DNA from: an uncultured Bacteroidales bacterium | GTDB taxonomy: Bacteria > Bacteroidota > Bacteroidia > Bacteroidales > VadinHA17 | NCBI GenBank assembly: GCA_963829255.1 | Contig: CAWHIG010000012.1 | Coordinates: 23,314-87,313 of the forward strand | Reading direction: 5' to 3' | DNA length: 64,000 nucleotides | Part shown: piece by piece, positions 11,122 to 22,265 of the stretch | Position numbering within the stretch: position 1 is the stretch's first letter | Layout: every line of letters starts with the position of its first letter | Notes under the pieces: model-generated | Told to the model about the DNA's origin: nothing | Databases searched by the model: none | What the model saw: the letters and a program-made list of their open reading frames with translations, nothing else | Program-made: the position numbers and the translations under genes

Positions 11122-11937
11122 TTAATCTCTGGTAATTTTTATTCTGATGATTTTTATATCATTAACAGGTTTGTCGTTGCCGTCAGTTGGAACATTTGCC
11201 ATTCTATCAATAATGTCCAATCCTTCTGTTACTTCACCAAATACGGTGTAGGACCCATCAAGACGAGGTGTTCCACCAATAGTTTTGTAGGTATTACGTT
11301 GTTCATCTGAGAATTTGAAATCTTTATTAACTGTAAGATATTGAAACATTTTAACGGACGCAATTTCCTGAATTTCAGCATCATTTATACTCTTTCCGGA
11401 GGACCTGACGCTGTCAGTGGTTTCCTTTAATAGCTTATTAAACAGAGTTTGTTTTATATTACTGTTAATCCGTTGTTCTGCCTGATTCAGATCGTCATCA
11501 CTTTGTACAACCCCTTCAACAATATAAAACTGAGTTCCGGATGACCTCATTTCAGGATTAACATCGTTTCCCTGACGGGCTGCAGCCAGCGCTCCTTTCT
11601 TGTGAAAATATTGATTATTAAGCTCGGCAGGTATAGTGTATGTTTTAATAGAATCTGGAAGATGCAAAACCGAACCTGATCTGGTTGCCGGATCTCCGGC
11701 CTGTACCATAAAGTTTTTAATAATGCGATGAAACGAGATCCCATCGTAAAAACCGGTGTTAATTAACCTTATAAAATTATCACGGTGAAGGGGCGTTCCA
11801 TCGTATAGTTTTATCCTGATGTCACCAAGTGTGGTCTTAACTGAAACTATGGTGTTCTCATTACCGCCAGGGGCATTGCAGGAGATAATGAGGAAAAGGA
11901 CTGTGAGAAACGATAATTTTTTAATCATACTGTTCAT
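11122..11937 (-). CDS. cyclophilin-type peptidyl-prolyl isomerase (lipoprotein signal)
   Basis: Lipobox LIISC, FHRIIKNFMVQAGDP, GTQFYIV and YTVFGEV, with an internal insertion typical of Bacteroidota PPIases. Confidence 0.85.
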   Translation of the reverse strand: MNSMIKKLSFLTVLFLIISCNAPGGNENTIVSVKTTLGDIRIKLYDGTPLHRDNFIRLINTGFYDGISFHRIIKNFMVQAGDPATRSGSVLHLPDSIKTYTIPAELNNQYFHKKGALAAARQGNDVNPEMRSSGTQFYIVEGVVQSDDDLNQAEQRINSNIKQTLFNKLLKETTDSVRSSGKSINDAEIQEIASVKMFQYLTVNKDFKFSDEQRNTYKTIGGTPRLDGSYTVFGEVTEGLDIIDRMANVPTDGNDKPVNDIKIIRIKITRD

Positions 11938-12214
11938 GAAATTGGAAATTGGTTAATAAAGTTCTGCAAATGTGAGTGCAAAGATATTTAACTTTGGATT
12001 ATACAAGAAAATATTAGTTTTCAAATTACATTATTTTCATCAAAAGGGATATTACAATATATTGATAATTTGATTAGCAGTATATTTGTCAATAAGTTTT
12101 TCAGCTTTTAAAACATAATTGCCCGCCACGGAAAGGCCGAATGGGAACGTACTGAGAGCCTTCCGGAAATAAAAGAGGAAGTGGTGGATTTGGACAAACA
12201 GGTAAAAGATTACT

Positions 12215-13942
12215 ATGAAATCAAAAAACTATTATTTTATTTTTCTGGCGCTTTTTATATTATACTTCACATCGTGTGGAAAGAAAATATATCCGTCGAA
12301 GGATTCAGTAAAAGGGGATAGTAATTATGATGCAGCCGCATTTAATTATGTCTATGTGGAAGCCCTGAAACAAAAATTAGAGGGAAATAGCAGCGACGCA
12401 CTAAGTGCACTGGAACAATGCATTAAAATTAATCCCCAAAGCGATGCCGCGTATTACCAAATGGCACAAATCGTTGTTGCTAATGGAGATCTTAAACACG
12501 GTAAGCAATACGCTATCAAGGCATTATCAATTGATAAGGAAAATATCTGGTATCTCACAATGCTGGCCGGATTATATTATCAGGAAAAGAATCTTGACAG
12601 CGCTATAATTTATTATGAAAAAGCTGTAAAATATTTTCCCGAGAAGGAAAATCTGCAGCTGACTCTGGGAAACCTGTATTCTGAAGATAAAAAGTTTGAA
12701 AAAGCAAATTCAATTTTTGATTCTTTCGATAAGAAATATGGGGTAAATGAAAAATCAACTTTATCCTCAATTAAGAATCTTATGGCTGAGGGTAAATATG
12801 ATGATGCACTGGTTAAAACGTTTTCACTTCTAAAGGAATATCCCGATGAAGTATTGTATAATGGATTGCTGGCAGATATATACCAGAGCAAGGGAGACAG
12901 TGAGAAAGCCCTTGAAGTATACAATGAGCTTCTGGAAAGAAATCCTGATAATCCCCAGATTCAGCTCTCTCTCAGTGACTTACTCTTGGCAGAGAAGAAA
13001 TATGATGATTTATTTTTGCTTTTGAATACAATTATTCTGAACAGTAAAGTAGAACTTGAAGCTAAAATTTCTTTACTGGCCAAATTAATTGAGGTACCCG
13101 ATCTTGATAAGGGATCGGAAGACAAACTGATAATTGCAATGACGGTTTTAGAGGCAAATAATAAAGATAATAATATTGTGCCGCTTCTCCGGCCTGAATT
13201 GATGATAAAGCAAAACAAATTAGCTGATGCTGCATTAAGACTGGAAGAGATCATAAAGGATACCCCTGAAAACTACTATGCATGGGAGAAATTGCTTATT
13301 GTATATCTGCAACTTAAGGATTATAAAAAACTATTTACAGTTGGAGAAGAATGTGCTACAAAGTTTAACCGGTCTTTTCCGGCAAAAATTTTATATGCCA
13401 ACGGAGCTATAGAAACAGGTAAATATTCAATTGCACTGGAAGAATTGAAAAAAGCTGAAATATTGGCTGCTGATAATAAGGAATTTATTGTTCAGGTGCT
13501 TACAATGCGAGCGGATGTTTACTATAGAATGAAAGATTATTTGAAAGCATTTGAAACATTCGAAACTGCACTGAAAACCGACAAAGAGGACCTGACTGTA
13601 ATTAATAACTATGCATATTACCTGGCAGAGCAAAATACAAATCTTAAGGAAGCGGAAGAGATGGCAAAAAAGGTAATTGAGAAAGAAAAGGGAAATACAA
13701 CATTTCTCGACACGTACGGATGGGTACTTTATAAAAGAGGAAAGCTTAATGAAGCTGCAAAAGTTATGGAGTCAATAATAGCAAGCGGAGAAAAGCCTGA
13801 CGCAGTGTGGTACGAACATTACGGCTATATACTAAAAAAGCAAAATAATTGCCCGAAAGCTGTTTATAACTGGAATATTGCCCTGAAACTGGACAGTACA
13901 AAGACTGATTTGATAAAGGAAATTGAAAATTGCAAAAAATAA
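12215..13942 (+). CDS. TPR-repeat lipoprotein
   Basis: Lipobox YFTSC followed by many 34-aa TPR-like repeats (A..YYQ.A, A...YEKAL). Confidence 0.75.
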   Translation: MKSKNYYFIFLALFILYFTSCGKKIYPSKDSVKGDSNYDAAAFNYVYVEALKQKLEGNSSDALSALEQCIKINPQSDAAYYQMAQIVVANGDLKHGKQYAIKALSIDKENIWYLTMLAGLYYQEKNLDSAIIYYEKAVKYFPEKENLQLTLGNLYSEDKKFEKANSIFDSFDKKYGVNEKSTLSSIKNLMAEGKYDDALVKTFSLLKEYPDEVLYNGLLADIYQSKGDSEKALEVYNELLERNPDNPQIQLSLSDLLLAEKKYDDLFLLLNTIILNSKVELEAKISLLAKLIEVPDLDKGSEDKLIIAMTVLEANNKDNNIVPLLRPELMIKQNKLADAALRLEEIIKDTPENYYAWEKLLIVYLQLKDYKKLFTVGEECATKFNRSFPAKILYANGAIETGKYSIALEELKKAEILAADNKEFIVQVLTMRADVYYRMKDYLKAFETFETALKTDKEDLTVINNYAYYLAEQNTNLKEAEEMAKKVIEKEKGNTTFLDTYGWVLYKRGKLNEAAKVMESIIASGEKPDAVWYEHYGYILKKQNNCPKAVYNWNIALKLDSTKTDLIKEIENCKK

Positions 13943-14694
13943 TAGTCATATTAATTCTGGCTGCTTTTAGTGCGGGTTGTTCTGTAACGAGAAACATAGG
14001 CAACCGGGATCCGGAGATTTCTAAAGAGTTACTTTCCGGCAATATTTTAGAAAGTGTAAAGAATCAAAACATCACCAACACTAATTTTTTCATTCAAAAA
14101 GCAGAAATTGAAGTAATAACTCAAAACGGCAAAGAGAAATTAATTGGAAGTGTAAAATTCGAAAATCCGGATAAGTACCTTATAAGCATAAAAAGCAGAG
14201 CGGGAATTGAAGGAGCGAGAATTTACATATCAGAAGATACAATACTGTTTAACGATCGGATAAACAGGAAGATGTATTATGGATCATCAGTATATTTAAA
14301 ACGAAAATATGGACTCACAACGAATTTTCTGCCCTTAATATTTGGTGATATTGTATTGGAAAAGAATTACAGGGAAAGTAAAGAGAAATGTTCGGCAGAT
14401 AAAATCAGTACGGATTGTCTGGTGCAGGGAATTATATTGAACTATGATATCAGCTGTAAAAAGAGGAAATCGATTTCTGTAAGTCAGCTAAATAGTTTTG
14501 TCCAGCGTGGTATAGAATTCAAATACGATAGTTTTATAAAAAGCGGAAAAATTATAATACCAACAAAGATAGAACTAAAAGAAGCTCAGTATAATATAGC
14601 GATAAAGATAAATATAGTAAAAATAGAACTTCCGTGGAACGGGAATATAGAATTTGTACCCGGAAGGAATTATGAAGTAATTGAGCTTTTATGA
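13930..14694 (+). CDS. DUF4292-like (LolB-fold) lipoprotein
   Basis: Lipobox FSAGC. It sits between a TPR protein and an EnvC-like M23 protein, the conserved Bacteroidota arrangement, and overlaps the upstream stop by 13 nt. Confidence 0.55.
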   Translation: MQKIIVILILAAFSAGCSVTRNIGNRDPEISKELLSGNILESVKNQNITNTNFFIQKAEIEVITQNGKEKLIGSVKFENPDKYLISIKSRAGIEGARIYISEDTILFNDRINRKMYYGSSVYLKRKYGLTTNFLPLIFGDIVLEKNYRESKEKCSADKISTDCLVQGIILNYDISCKKRKSISVSQLNSFVQRGIEFKYDSFIKSGKIIIPTKIELKEAQYNIAIKINIVKIELPWNGNIEFVPGRNYEVIELL

Positions 14695-15869
14695 GATATT
14701 TGTTTCTGATAATTTTAATTCTTGTTTTAGATATTGGAGCATTCGCCCAAACAAAAGCAGAGCTGGAAGAAAGAAGAAAAGCGACTCTGAATGAGATTAT
14801 GTATGTAGATAACATGCTTAAATCGACTGCAAAACAGAAAGAGGAAAGTATGAATGCAATAAAAATTATAGGTAATAAATTGAGTTTAAGAGAATCAGTT
14901 ATCAGAGGTATGCGCGATGAAATAAATTTATTTTCAGACCGGATTGACCTGAATTCAATTGCTATTGATATGATGGAAAGTGATCTTAAAGATTTAAAAA
15001 ACGACTATGCAAGAGCAGTTGTCAATTCATATAAGGCTAAAAAGGAAAATCCGGAATTAGTATATATTTTGTCGGCAAAGGATTTCAACCAGGGATACAA
15101 AAGACTGAAATATTTGCAGCAGGTCACAAAGTTCAGACGCAGAGAATCTGAAATTATAATGGAGTTAAAAGATCAGATACAGACTTCAAAGGAAAGATTG
15201 CAAAATGATTTATTAAGGATTTCAGACTTAAAATCAAGGGAAGAAAAGCAAAAGAACCTCCTGCAATCAGAACAGAATAAAAAGCAGGCAATGGTTCAAT
15301 CATTAAGCAAGAAGGAACGGCAACTAAGGAAGGAGCTGGAGGAAAAGAAAAGAGTTGCAAGTAAAATTGAAAGTGAAATAGCCAGAATTATAGAAGAAGA
15401 GAAAAAGAAGGTTATTAAATCTGATAAAACACCGGAACAAAAACTGATAGGAGAAAGCTTTGCGGAAAATAAGGGAAAATTACCATGGCCTGTAGAGAAA
15501 GGAATAATTACCAGTCAATTTGGAATTCAAAAGCATCCGGTGCTAAAATATGTTACGGAAGACAATATTGGAATTGAAATAACAAGTTTAGGGAAAACAA
15601 GTGTAAGAAGCATTTTTAAGGGTGAAGTGGCAAGAGTATATTCTATACGTGGCGCCAACATGGGGATTATTATAAGACATGGTAAATACCTGACAGTTTA
15701 TCAAAATATCGTAGATTTAAAGGTTAAATTAGGAGATAAGGTTGAAACAAAGCAGGAAATAGGAAACGTTTATTGTGAGACAAATAATGGGAATAAAGCA
15801 ATCTTAAAATTTATGATCTTTGAGGAAAAGGAAAAACTGGATCCGGAATCATGGATTTCGAAAAATTAA
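14691..15869 (+). CDS. M23 peptidase family / murein hydrolase activator EnvC-like
   Basis: Signal peptide, about 240 aa of coiled coil, then a C-terminal LytM/M23 fold (GKLPWPV, GIEI, IIRHG.YLTVY). Confidence 0.8.
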   Translation: MRYLFLIILILVLDIGAFAQTKAELEERRKATLNEIMYVDNMLKSTAKQKEESMNAIKIIGNKLSLRESVIRGMRDEINLFSDRIDLNSIAIDMMESDLKDLKNDYARAVVNSYKAKKENPELVYILSAKDFNQGYKRLKYLQQVTKFRRRESEIIMELKDQIQTSKERLQNDLLRISDLKSREEKQKNLLQSEQNKKQAMVQSLSKKERQLRKELEEKKRVASKIESEIARIIEEEKKKVIKSDKTPEQKLIGESFAENKGKLPWPVEKGIITSQFGIQKHPVLKYVTEDNIGIEITSLGKTSVRSIFKGEVARVYSIRGANMGIIIRHGKYLTVYQNIVDLKVKLGDKVETKQEIGNVYCETNNGNKAILKFMIFEEKEKLDPESWISKN

Positions 15870-15925
15870 TGAATTATGTAACAAATATTGAATAATTTAG
15901 TATAAGGATTGGCAATTAAGAATGT

Positions 15926-16330
15926 ATGTATAAAACAATCAGGATAGGATCTACATCAGAAAACTTGCGAATTGTAGAAAATGCAATTGATGAAGCAACA
16001 ACTAATCTGGGAATTACTCAGGATAGTTATGGGAAAATTATGGTTTCTACAATGGAGGCTGTGAATAATGCAATATTGCATGGAAATAAGTCAGATCCGG
16101 CGAAAATTGTCAATATTGATATAAGCTTTAAAAGCAGGGAACTTAAAATAAAAGTAGCAGATGAAGGTCCTGGTTTCAGGCCGGAAAATATTCCTGATCC
16201 CACGATTCCGGAAAATATTGAAGCGCTCAATGGGAGAGGAGTGTACCTTATGTCGCACCTTGCTGATAAAATCAGCTTTAATAAGAAAGGTAATGCTGTT
16301 ACAATGACTTTTAAAAACATTACTGTTTGA
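15926..16330 (+). CDS. HATPase-type anti-sigma regulatory kinase (RsbW-like)
   Basis: 134 aa with [17 protein letters not shown] and GRGVYLM, the GHKL ATPase motifs. Confidence 0.65.
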   Translation: MYKTIRIGSTSENLRIVENAIDEATTNLGITQDSYGKIMVSTMEAVNNAILHGNKSDPAKIVNIDISFKSRELKIKVADEGPGFRPENIPDPTIPENIEALNGRGVYLMSHLADKISFNKKGNAVTMTFKNITV

Positions 16331-16743
16331 GCATCAGAATATTTTATGATGAAACAGACTTCAGGCTTAATGGATGGAGAAAAGCTGTGAAGGTTATTGC
16401 CAGGGTCATCGAGAAAGAACATAAAATTTCAGGTGACCTTAACTTTATAATCACTAATGATGAAAGGCTGAGAGAAATTAATGTTCAGTTTCTTGAACAT
16501 GATTACTATACTGATGTTATTACTTTTGATTACAGTTCAGGAAATGTAATAAATGGTGAGGTATATATCAGCCTTGAGAGAGTTAAAGAAAACGCAATAA
16601 ACTATAAAGTTAGTTTAAAGCTCGAGATGCTGAGGGTATTAATCCATGGGGTTTTACATCTTGTAGGATATAACGATTTAAATGATGTAGAAAAAGTTGA
16701 AATGAAGAAGATGGAGGATTACTGGTTAAGCAGGGCAGATTAG
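16327..16743 (+). CDS. ybeY: rRNA maturation endoribonuclease YbeY
   Basis: [11 protein letters not shown] zinc motif. TTG start overlaps the upstream stop. Confidence 0.85.
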   Translation: MSIRIFYDETDFRLNGWRKAVKVIARVIEKEHKISGDLNFIITNDERLREINVQFLEHDYYTDVITFDYSSGNVINGEVYISLERVKENAINYKVSLKLEMLRVLIHGVLHLVGYNDLNDVEKVEMKKMEDYWLSRAD

Positions 16744-16750
16744 CAAAATT

Positions 16751-18625
16751 ATGGATTTTCAGTTTGATATAATAGTTGTAGGCGGAGGTCATGCAGGTTG
16801 CGAAGCAGCTCATGCGGCTGCAGTAATGGGTGCCAGGACATTGCTTATTACTATGGATATGACCAAGCTGGCGCAAATGTCGTGTAATCCGGCAATGGGA
16901 GGAATAGCAAAGGGACAGATAGTAAGGGAAATAGATGCACTGGGGGGCATGAGCGGGATAGTTACAGACAGAAGCATGATCCAGTTCAGGATGCTTAACA
17001 AGTCAAAAGGACCGGCAATGTGGAGTCCGCGTGCACAATGCGATCGTCAACGATTTACTATTGAATGGAGAAAAATTCTGGAGCAGACAGATAATCTGGC
17101 AATCTGGCAGGAGCAGGCTAATTATTTAGTGATGGAAGGAATGGAGGTTATTGGTGTCGAGACCTCATTTGGAACCAGATTCTATTCAAAGGGAGTGATT
17201 CTGACTAACGGGACATTTTTGAATGGACTGATGCATATTGGATTAAAAAACATTAAAGGAGGAAGATCCGGTGATCAGGCATCAACAGGATTAAGCGAAC
17301 AGCTTGGAAAACTGGGATTTTCAGTAGAAAGGATGAAAACAGGGACAAGCGCCCGAATCGATGGCAGATCAATAGACTTTAATTCAATGATAGAACAGCG
17401 AGGGGATAATGAGGGAAGGTCATTTTCATTTATGGAAGAAAAGGCCGTTCTGCTGGACCAGAGAAGTTGTTACATTACACATACTAATGAAGAAGTTCAC
17501 GAGGAAATAAGAAAGGGTTTAAAATATAGTCCTCTTTTTACAGGAAAAATTAAAGGCAGAGGCCCAAGATATTGCCCTAGTATTGAAGATAAGGTAGTAA
17601 CGTTTAAGGACAAGATATCGCACCAGTTATTTATTGAACCGGAAGGTATAGATACTGTGGAATATTATATAAACGGTTTTTCAAGCAGCCTTCCTCTTGA
17701 AGTACAGCTGAAAGCTCTCAGGAAGGTTAAAGGATTGGAAAAAGTTGAAATGTTCCGCCCAGGCTATGCAATCGAATATGACTTTTTCCAGCCAACACAG
17801 CTGAAACACACTTTAGAAACGAAAGCAATAAAGAATCTGTATTTTGCAGGACAGATTAACGGAACAACCGGTTATGAAGAAGCAGCGGCTCAAGGATTGA
17901 TGGCAGGAATTAATTCTGTTTTGAAAACACGAAATAATGAAGCTTTCATTTTAGGAAGAGAAGAATCATATATAGGAGTGCTGATAGATGATTTGGTTAC
18001 CAAAGGTGTTGATGAACCGTACAGGATGTTTACATCGAGGGCAGAATACAGAATACTGTTGCGTCAGGATAATGCCGATGAAAGACTCACAAGAAAGGCC
18101 TTTGAGATAGGCATGGCAAAAAAAGAAAGGGTAACACATCTGGAGGAAAAGGAAGCGATGATAAATGAAGTTGTAACCTTTCTTTCAGATACGAGCGTAA
18201 GTCCGGATGAAATAAACGGATTCCTGGAAACTGTTCAAACCAATAAAATTTCACAGAAATTAAAAGCAATCACAATAGCTGCCAGACCGCAGGTAGAAAT
18301 AAAAGAGCTTTTGAAAGTATTAAAGGGAGGGGAAAAACTGAAAACAGTTAATTCAATACGACTGAATGAAGTTGCAGAATCTGCAGAGATTAAAATTAAG
18401 TATGAAGGATACATTCAAAGGGAAAAGATTGTAGCAGATAAAATTAAAAGACTGGAAAGTTTAAAGATTCCTGAGGATATTAATTTTAGTGAATTACTGT
18501 CAATCTCTACGGAAGCACGACAAAAGCTCAGTAAAATTAAACCGGCAAATATCGGACAGGCAGGTAGAATAAGCGGAGTATCACCTTCCGACATTAATAT
18601 ATTATTAATGTATCTTGGAAGATAA
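16751..18625 (+). CDS. mnmG: tRNA uridine 5-carboxymethylaminomethyl modification enzyme MnmG
   Basis: FDIIVVGGGHAGCEAA FAD motif and SCNPAMGG; 624 aa collinear with GidA/MnmG. Confidence 0.95.
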   Translation: MDFQFDIIVVGGGHAGCEAAHAAAVMGARTLLITMDMTKLAQMSCNPAMGGIAKGQIVREIDALGGMSGIVTDRSMIQFRMLNKSKGPAMWSPRAQCDRQRFTIEWRKILEQTDNLAIWQEQANYLVMEGMEVIGVETSFGTRFYSKGVILTNGTFLNGLMHIGLKNIKGGRSGDQASTGLSEQLGKLGFSVERMKTGTSARIDGRSIDFNSMIEQRGDNEGRSFSFMEEKAVLLDQRSCYITHTNEEVHEEIRKGLKYSPLFTGKIKGRGPRYCPSIEDKVVTFKDKISHQLFIEPEGIDTVEYYINGFSSSLPLEVQLKALRKVKGLEKVEMFRPGYAIEYDFFQPTQLKHTLETKAIKNLYFAGQINGTTGYEEAAAQGLMAGINSVLKTRNNEAFILGREESYIGVLIDDLVTKGVDEPYRMFTSRAEYRILLRQDNADERLTRKAFEIGMAKKERVTHLEEKEAMINEVVTFLSDTSVSPDEINGFLETVQTNKISQKLKAITIAARPQVEIKELLKVLKGGEKLKTVNSIRLNEVAESAEIKIKYEGYIQREKIVADKIKRLESLKIPEDINFSELLSISTEARQKLSKIKPANIGQAGRISGVSPSDINILLMYLGR

Positions 18626-18647
18626 AATGTTCCACGTGGAACATTTT
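18624..18647 (+). terminator. 24-bp perfect palindrome AAAATGTTCCAC|GTGGAACATTTT followed by a T-run
   Basis: Overlaps the mnmG stop codon and is followed by TTTTTTAA, so it can fold as an intrinsic terminator hairpin. Confidence 0.5.
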
Positions 18648-18671
18648 TTAATTAAATAAAAAAAATATTTT

Positions 18672-20288
18672 ATGGAAGTCTCAGGACAATTGGTTGATAT
18701 CCATTTGAGCGATATTTATCCTGCAAGAGTTAGCATTCTGAACGGTAAAATTTCGGGTGTGGAAAAACTGGTATCAGCACCACCGATTTTTATTTTACCG
18801 GGACTGATTGATTCGCATATTCATATTGAAAGCTCAATGATTACCCCCGGTGCATTTGCAATGGCTTCAGTAAAGCATGGTACATGTGCGGTTGTTTCAG
18901 ATCCGCATGAAATTGCTAATGTGCTTGGAACAGGCGGAGTTGAATTCATGATAAATGACGCAGCGAAAGTGCCAGTGAAGTTCTTTTTCGGAGCCCCATC
19001 GTGTGTGCCTGCAACCAGGTTTGAAAGCAGCGGGGCAGAGCTTAATCATCACGAGGTAAAAAAGCTACTCGAAAGGAAGGAGATTAATTATCTTTCTGAA
19101 ATGATGAACTATCCTGGAGTGATTTATAACGATACGGAAGTTCATAATAAATTGGATTCTGCACGGAAGCTCGGTAAACCGGTAGATGGGCATGCTCCTG
19201 GATTAAGTGGTAAAATGCTCAGGAAGTACGTTGCAGCCGGAATATCAACAGATCATGAATGCAGCAGCCTGGATGAAGCTTTGGAAAAGATATCTCTTGG
19301 AATGAAGATTCTGATCAGGGAAGGAAGTGCAGCAAGGAATCTCGATGCACTTAAAGATCTGTTTACTACTAATCCGGAAATGGTGATGCTGTGCAGCGAT
19401 GATCTGCATCCTGAAATGTTAAGGGAAAGACATATAAATAAATTAATTGCACGACTTATTTCAGAAGGATATAACCCATTTGATGTTATACGAAGCGCCA
19501 CAATCAATCCTTCTGATCATTACAATCTTAATGCAGGGCTTTTAAGGCCGGGAGATAAAGCAGATTTTATTTTGGTGGACAGTCTCAAAGAGATGAACGT
19601 AACAGAGACATGGATAGATGGGGAAAAAGTTTTTGCAAACGGTAATGTCCTTTTTACATATGGGGAAAGCAATCCTGTAAATCATTTCAATTGCGGGCCT
19701 GTGAAAGAAAAAGATATCATGGTCAGGAACCAGCATGGAGATATGAGAATAATTGTTGCAACAGAAGGAGAACTTTTGACAGGTGAGATCCGACATTCTG
19801 CGGGAGAATCCGGCTTTGTAATGCCTGATCTGAAAAATGACATACTGAAAATTGTAGTTAAAGACCGGTATAACGATTCGCCACCAGCCATAGGATTTAT
19901 CAAAGGATTCGGATTGAAAAAAGGTGCATTCGCAAGCTCAATTGCACATGACAGTCATAATATAATATCAGTGGGAACGAACGATGAGGATATAATTAAA
20001 GCCATTAACGAGATTGTCAGACTAAAAGGCGGTCTGTCTGTCTCTTCTGAAAACTCTATAGAATCAATTAAACTGGATATAGCAGGAATAATGAGCACCC
20101 GGTCATGCGAAGCCATAGCCAGTGATTATGAGAACCTGAACAGGTTGGTGAAATCGATGGGTTGTACGATGAAAGCTCCATTTATGACATTGTCCTTTAT
20201 GGCATTGCTTGTTATACCGGATTTGAAAATCGGTGATCGCGGATTGTTTGATGTTAAGAAATTCGAGATGGTTTCGCTGTTTGTTTAA
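18672..20288 (+). CDS. ade: adenine deaminase
   Basis: PGLIDSHIHIESSM and VVSDPHEIANV amidohydrolase motifs; 538 aa collinear with Ade. Confidence 0.85.
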   Translation: MEVSGQLVDIHLSDIYPARVSILNGKISGVEKLVSAPPIFILPGLIDSHIHIESSMITPGAFAMASVKHGTCAVVSDPHEIANVLGTGGVEFMINDAAKVPVKFFFGAPSCVPATRFESSGAELNHHEVKKLLERKEINYLSEMMNYPGVIYNDTEVHNKLDSARKLGKPVDGHAPGLSGKMLRKYVAAGISTDHECSSLDEALEKISLGMKILIREGSAARNLDALKDLFTTNPEMVMLCSDDLHPEMLRERHINKLIARLISEGYNPFDVIRSATINPSDHYNLNAGLLRPGDKADFILVDSLKEMNVTETWIDGEKVFANGNVLFTYGESNPVNHFNCGPVKEKDIMVRNQHGDMRIIVATEGELLTGEIRHSAGESGFVMPDLKNDILKIVVKDRYNDSPPAIGFIKGFGLKKGAFASSIAHDSHNIISVGTNDEDIIKAINEIVRLKGGLSVSSENSIESIKLDIAGIMSTRSCEAIASDYENLNRLVKSMGCTMKAPFMTLSFMALLVIPDLKIGDRGLFDVKKFEMVSLFV

Positions 20289-20310
20289 TAGAATCTTGAT
20301 TGTTACCATA

Positions 20311-20420
20311 GACCCCCTCAGCCGCTACGCGGCATCTCGCCCAGGGGATGAAAATACTCGTCATACAGATGGTTTTCTCCCCCCATGGCGGGAGTGCCCG
20401 TAGGGCAAGGGGGTTTACGA
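20311..20420. repeat. GC-rich palindromic (REP-like) module
   Basis: GACCCCCTCAGCCGCTACGCGGCATC ... GGGAGTGCCCGTAGGGCAAGGGGGTT. Shares GACCCCCTC..CGCTACGCGG with 63820 and GAGTGCCCG(A/T)AG with 40806 and 58439. Lies 23 nt after the ade stop. Confidence 0.7.
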
Positions 20421-20466
20421 ACGTGGACATTTTTGTTATCTTTGCCTTTATTATTTTCAGTATTTC

Positions 20467-22260
20467 ATGACAACTGAACTAAAATCTAAAACAATTCTTT
20501 CTTTACTTCCGGATAATCCGGGAGTGTACCAGTTTATTGATTCTTCGGGAACAGTAATTTATGTCGGGAAAGCAAAGAATCTGAAAAAGAGAGTTACCTC
20601 ATACTTTTCAAAAAACCAATCCGGAAAAACTATTGCTCTTCTGAAAAAGACATTTGACATAAGGCACATTGTTGTCGATAACGAATCAGATGCCCTGCTA
20701 CTTGAGAATAACCTGATTAAAAAGCACCAGCCCAGATATAATATTCTCCTGAAAGATGATAAAACATTTCCCTGGATATGCATAAAAAATGAGCCTTTTC
20801 CAAGAGTCTTTAGTACCAGAAATCCGGTAAGAGACGGATCAGCTTATTTTGGTCCGTATACTTCGGGATTGATGGTTAAAACATTAATCGGTTTTATCAG
20901 GCAATTATATAAGCTGAGAACATGTACTCATAATCTGACAGAATCAAATATCGCCGCTTTAAAATTCAAGGTGTGCCTGGAATACCATCTGGGTAACTGC
21001 AAAGCACCGTGTGTGGCCAAACAGACTGAAATTGATTATCTCGAGAATATCGAACAGATAAGAAATATTCTGAAAGGTAATATCTCAACTGTAATTGACC
21101 ATCTGAAAAAGACGATGACTAAAAATTCTGCTGAGCTTCGCTTCGAGGATGCACAATTAATCAAGGAGAAAATAGAGATTCTTTCACGGTTCAAAAGCCG
21201 GTCAACAATTGTAAGCAACACTATTAAAAATGTAGATGTATTCGCCATTACGCAGGAGTCTGATAATGCTTATGTAAACTATCTGAAAGTAGTCGAAGGA
21301 GCTGTAATACAGGCTCTTACAATTGAATTAAAGATCAGGGCGGATGAAGAAAAAGAAGCTATTCTTGGTTTTGCCATAACAGAAATCAGGCAAAGACTTT
21401 TGAGTGATTCCCCTGAAATAATTTTACCCTTTAAACCGGATATTCTCATTGATAAAGTAAAATATACGGTACCAAAGGCTGGTGAAAAGCAGAAACTTCT
21501 GGAACTCGCGGAGCGGAATGCAATCTATTATAAACTGGAACAGAAGAAGAAAAGACTGGACCACTCCCCTCAGATGCGTACGGGTAAAAACCTCGAAAAA
21601 CTAAAAAATGATCTTCATATGCCCGATATGCCGGTACATATTGAATGCTTCGATAACTCAAATATTATGGGAACCAGTCCGGTTGCGGCATGCGTTGTTT
21701 TCAGGAATGCCAGACCGAGTAAAAAGGAGTATCGCCATTTTAATATTAAAACTGTTACCGGACCTGATGATTTCACTTCAATGGAGGAAATAGTTTACAG
21801 GAGATATAAAAGAATGACGGAAGAAAATCAAAAACTGCCTCAACTGGTTATTATCGACGGAGGAAAAGGACAGCTCTCCTCAGCAATGAAAAGTATAGAT
21901 AAACTTGGTTTAAGAGAAAAGATTACAGTTATTGGGATTGCAAAAAAACTTGAAGAAATTTATTTTCCGGGAGACAGCATCCCGATTTACCTGGATAAAA
22001 ACTCAATTAGTCTTAAAATCATACAACAGTTGAGAAATGAAGCGCACCGGTTTGGGATTAACTTTCATCGTGACAAACGTTCCTCCGAAATGATTAAATC
22101 AGATCTGGATCAGATTAAAAGAATCGGACCAAAGACAAAAGAGATTTTACTTAAACATTTTGGATCTGTTGATCAGATAAAAAACGCTTCTGATGAAGAG
22201 CTGAAAAATCTTGTCGGCTCAGCTAAAAGCGCCATTTTGTCGGAATATTTCAGAAAGTAG
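20467..22260 (+). CDS. uvrC: excinuclease ABC subunit C
   Basis: GIY-YIG N-terminus (PGVYQF.D..GTVIYVGKAKNLKKRV), UvrBC-binding and endonuclease V-like domains, and a C-terminal HhH. Confidence 0.95.
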   Translation: MTTELKSKTILSLLPDNPGVYQFIDSSGTVIYVGKAKNLKKRVTSYFSKNQSGKTIALLKKTFDIRHIVVDNESDALLLENNLIKKHQPRYNILLKDDKTFPWICIKNEPFPRVFSTRNPVRDGSAYFGPYTSGLMVKTLIGFIRQLYKLRTCTHNLTESNIAALKFKVCLEYHLGNCKAPCVAKQTEIDYLENIEQIRNILKGNISTVIDHLKKTMTKNSAELRFEDAQLIKEKIEILSRFKSRSTIVSNTIKNVDVFAITQESDNAYVNYLKVVEGAVIQALTIELKIRADEEKEAILGFAITEIRQRLLSDSPEIILPFKPDILIDKVKYTVPKAGEKQKLLELAERNAIYYKLEQKKKRLDHSPQMRTGKNLEKLKNDLHMPDMPVHIECFDNSNIMGTSPVAACVVFRNARPSKKEYRHFNIKTVTGPDDFTSMEEIVYRRYKRMTEENQKLPQLVIIDGGKGQLSSAMKSIDKLGLREKITVIGIAKKLEEIYFPGDSIPIYLDKNSISLKIIQQLRNEAHRFGINFHRDKRSSEMIKSDLDQIKRIGPKTKEILLKHFGSVDQIKNASDEELKNLVGSAKSAILSEYFRK

Positions 22261-22265
22261 CTCTG

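Noticed and set aside
15926-16330. The RsbW-like kinase as part of a partner-switching system.
   Set aside because: No STAS anti-anti-sigma, PP2C phosphatase or sigma factor gene is adjacent; the neighbours are an EnvC-like gene and ybeY.
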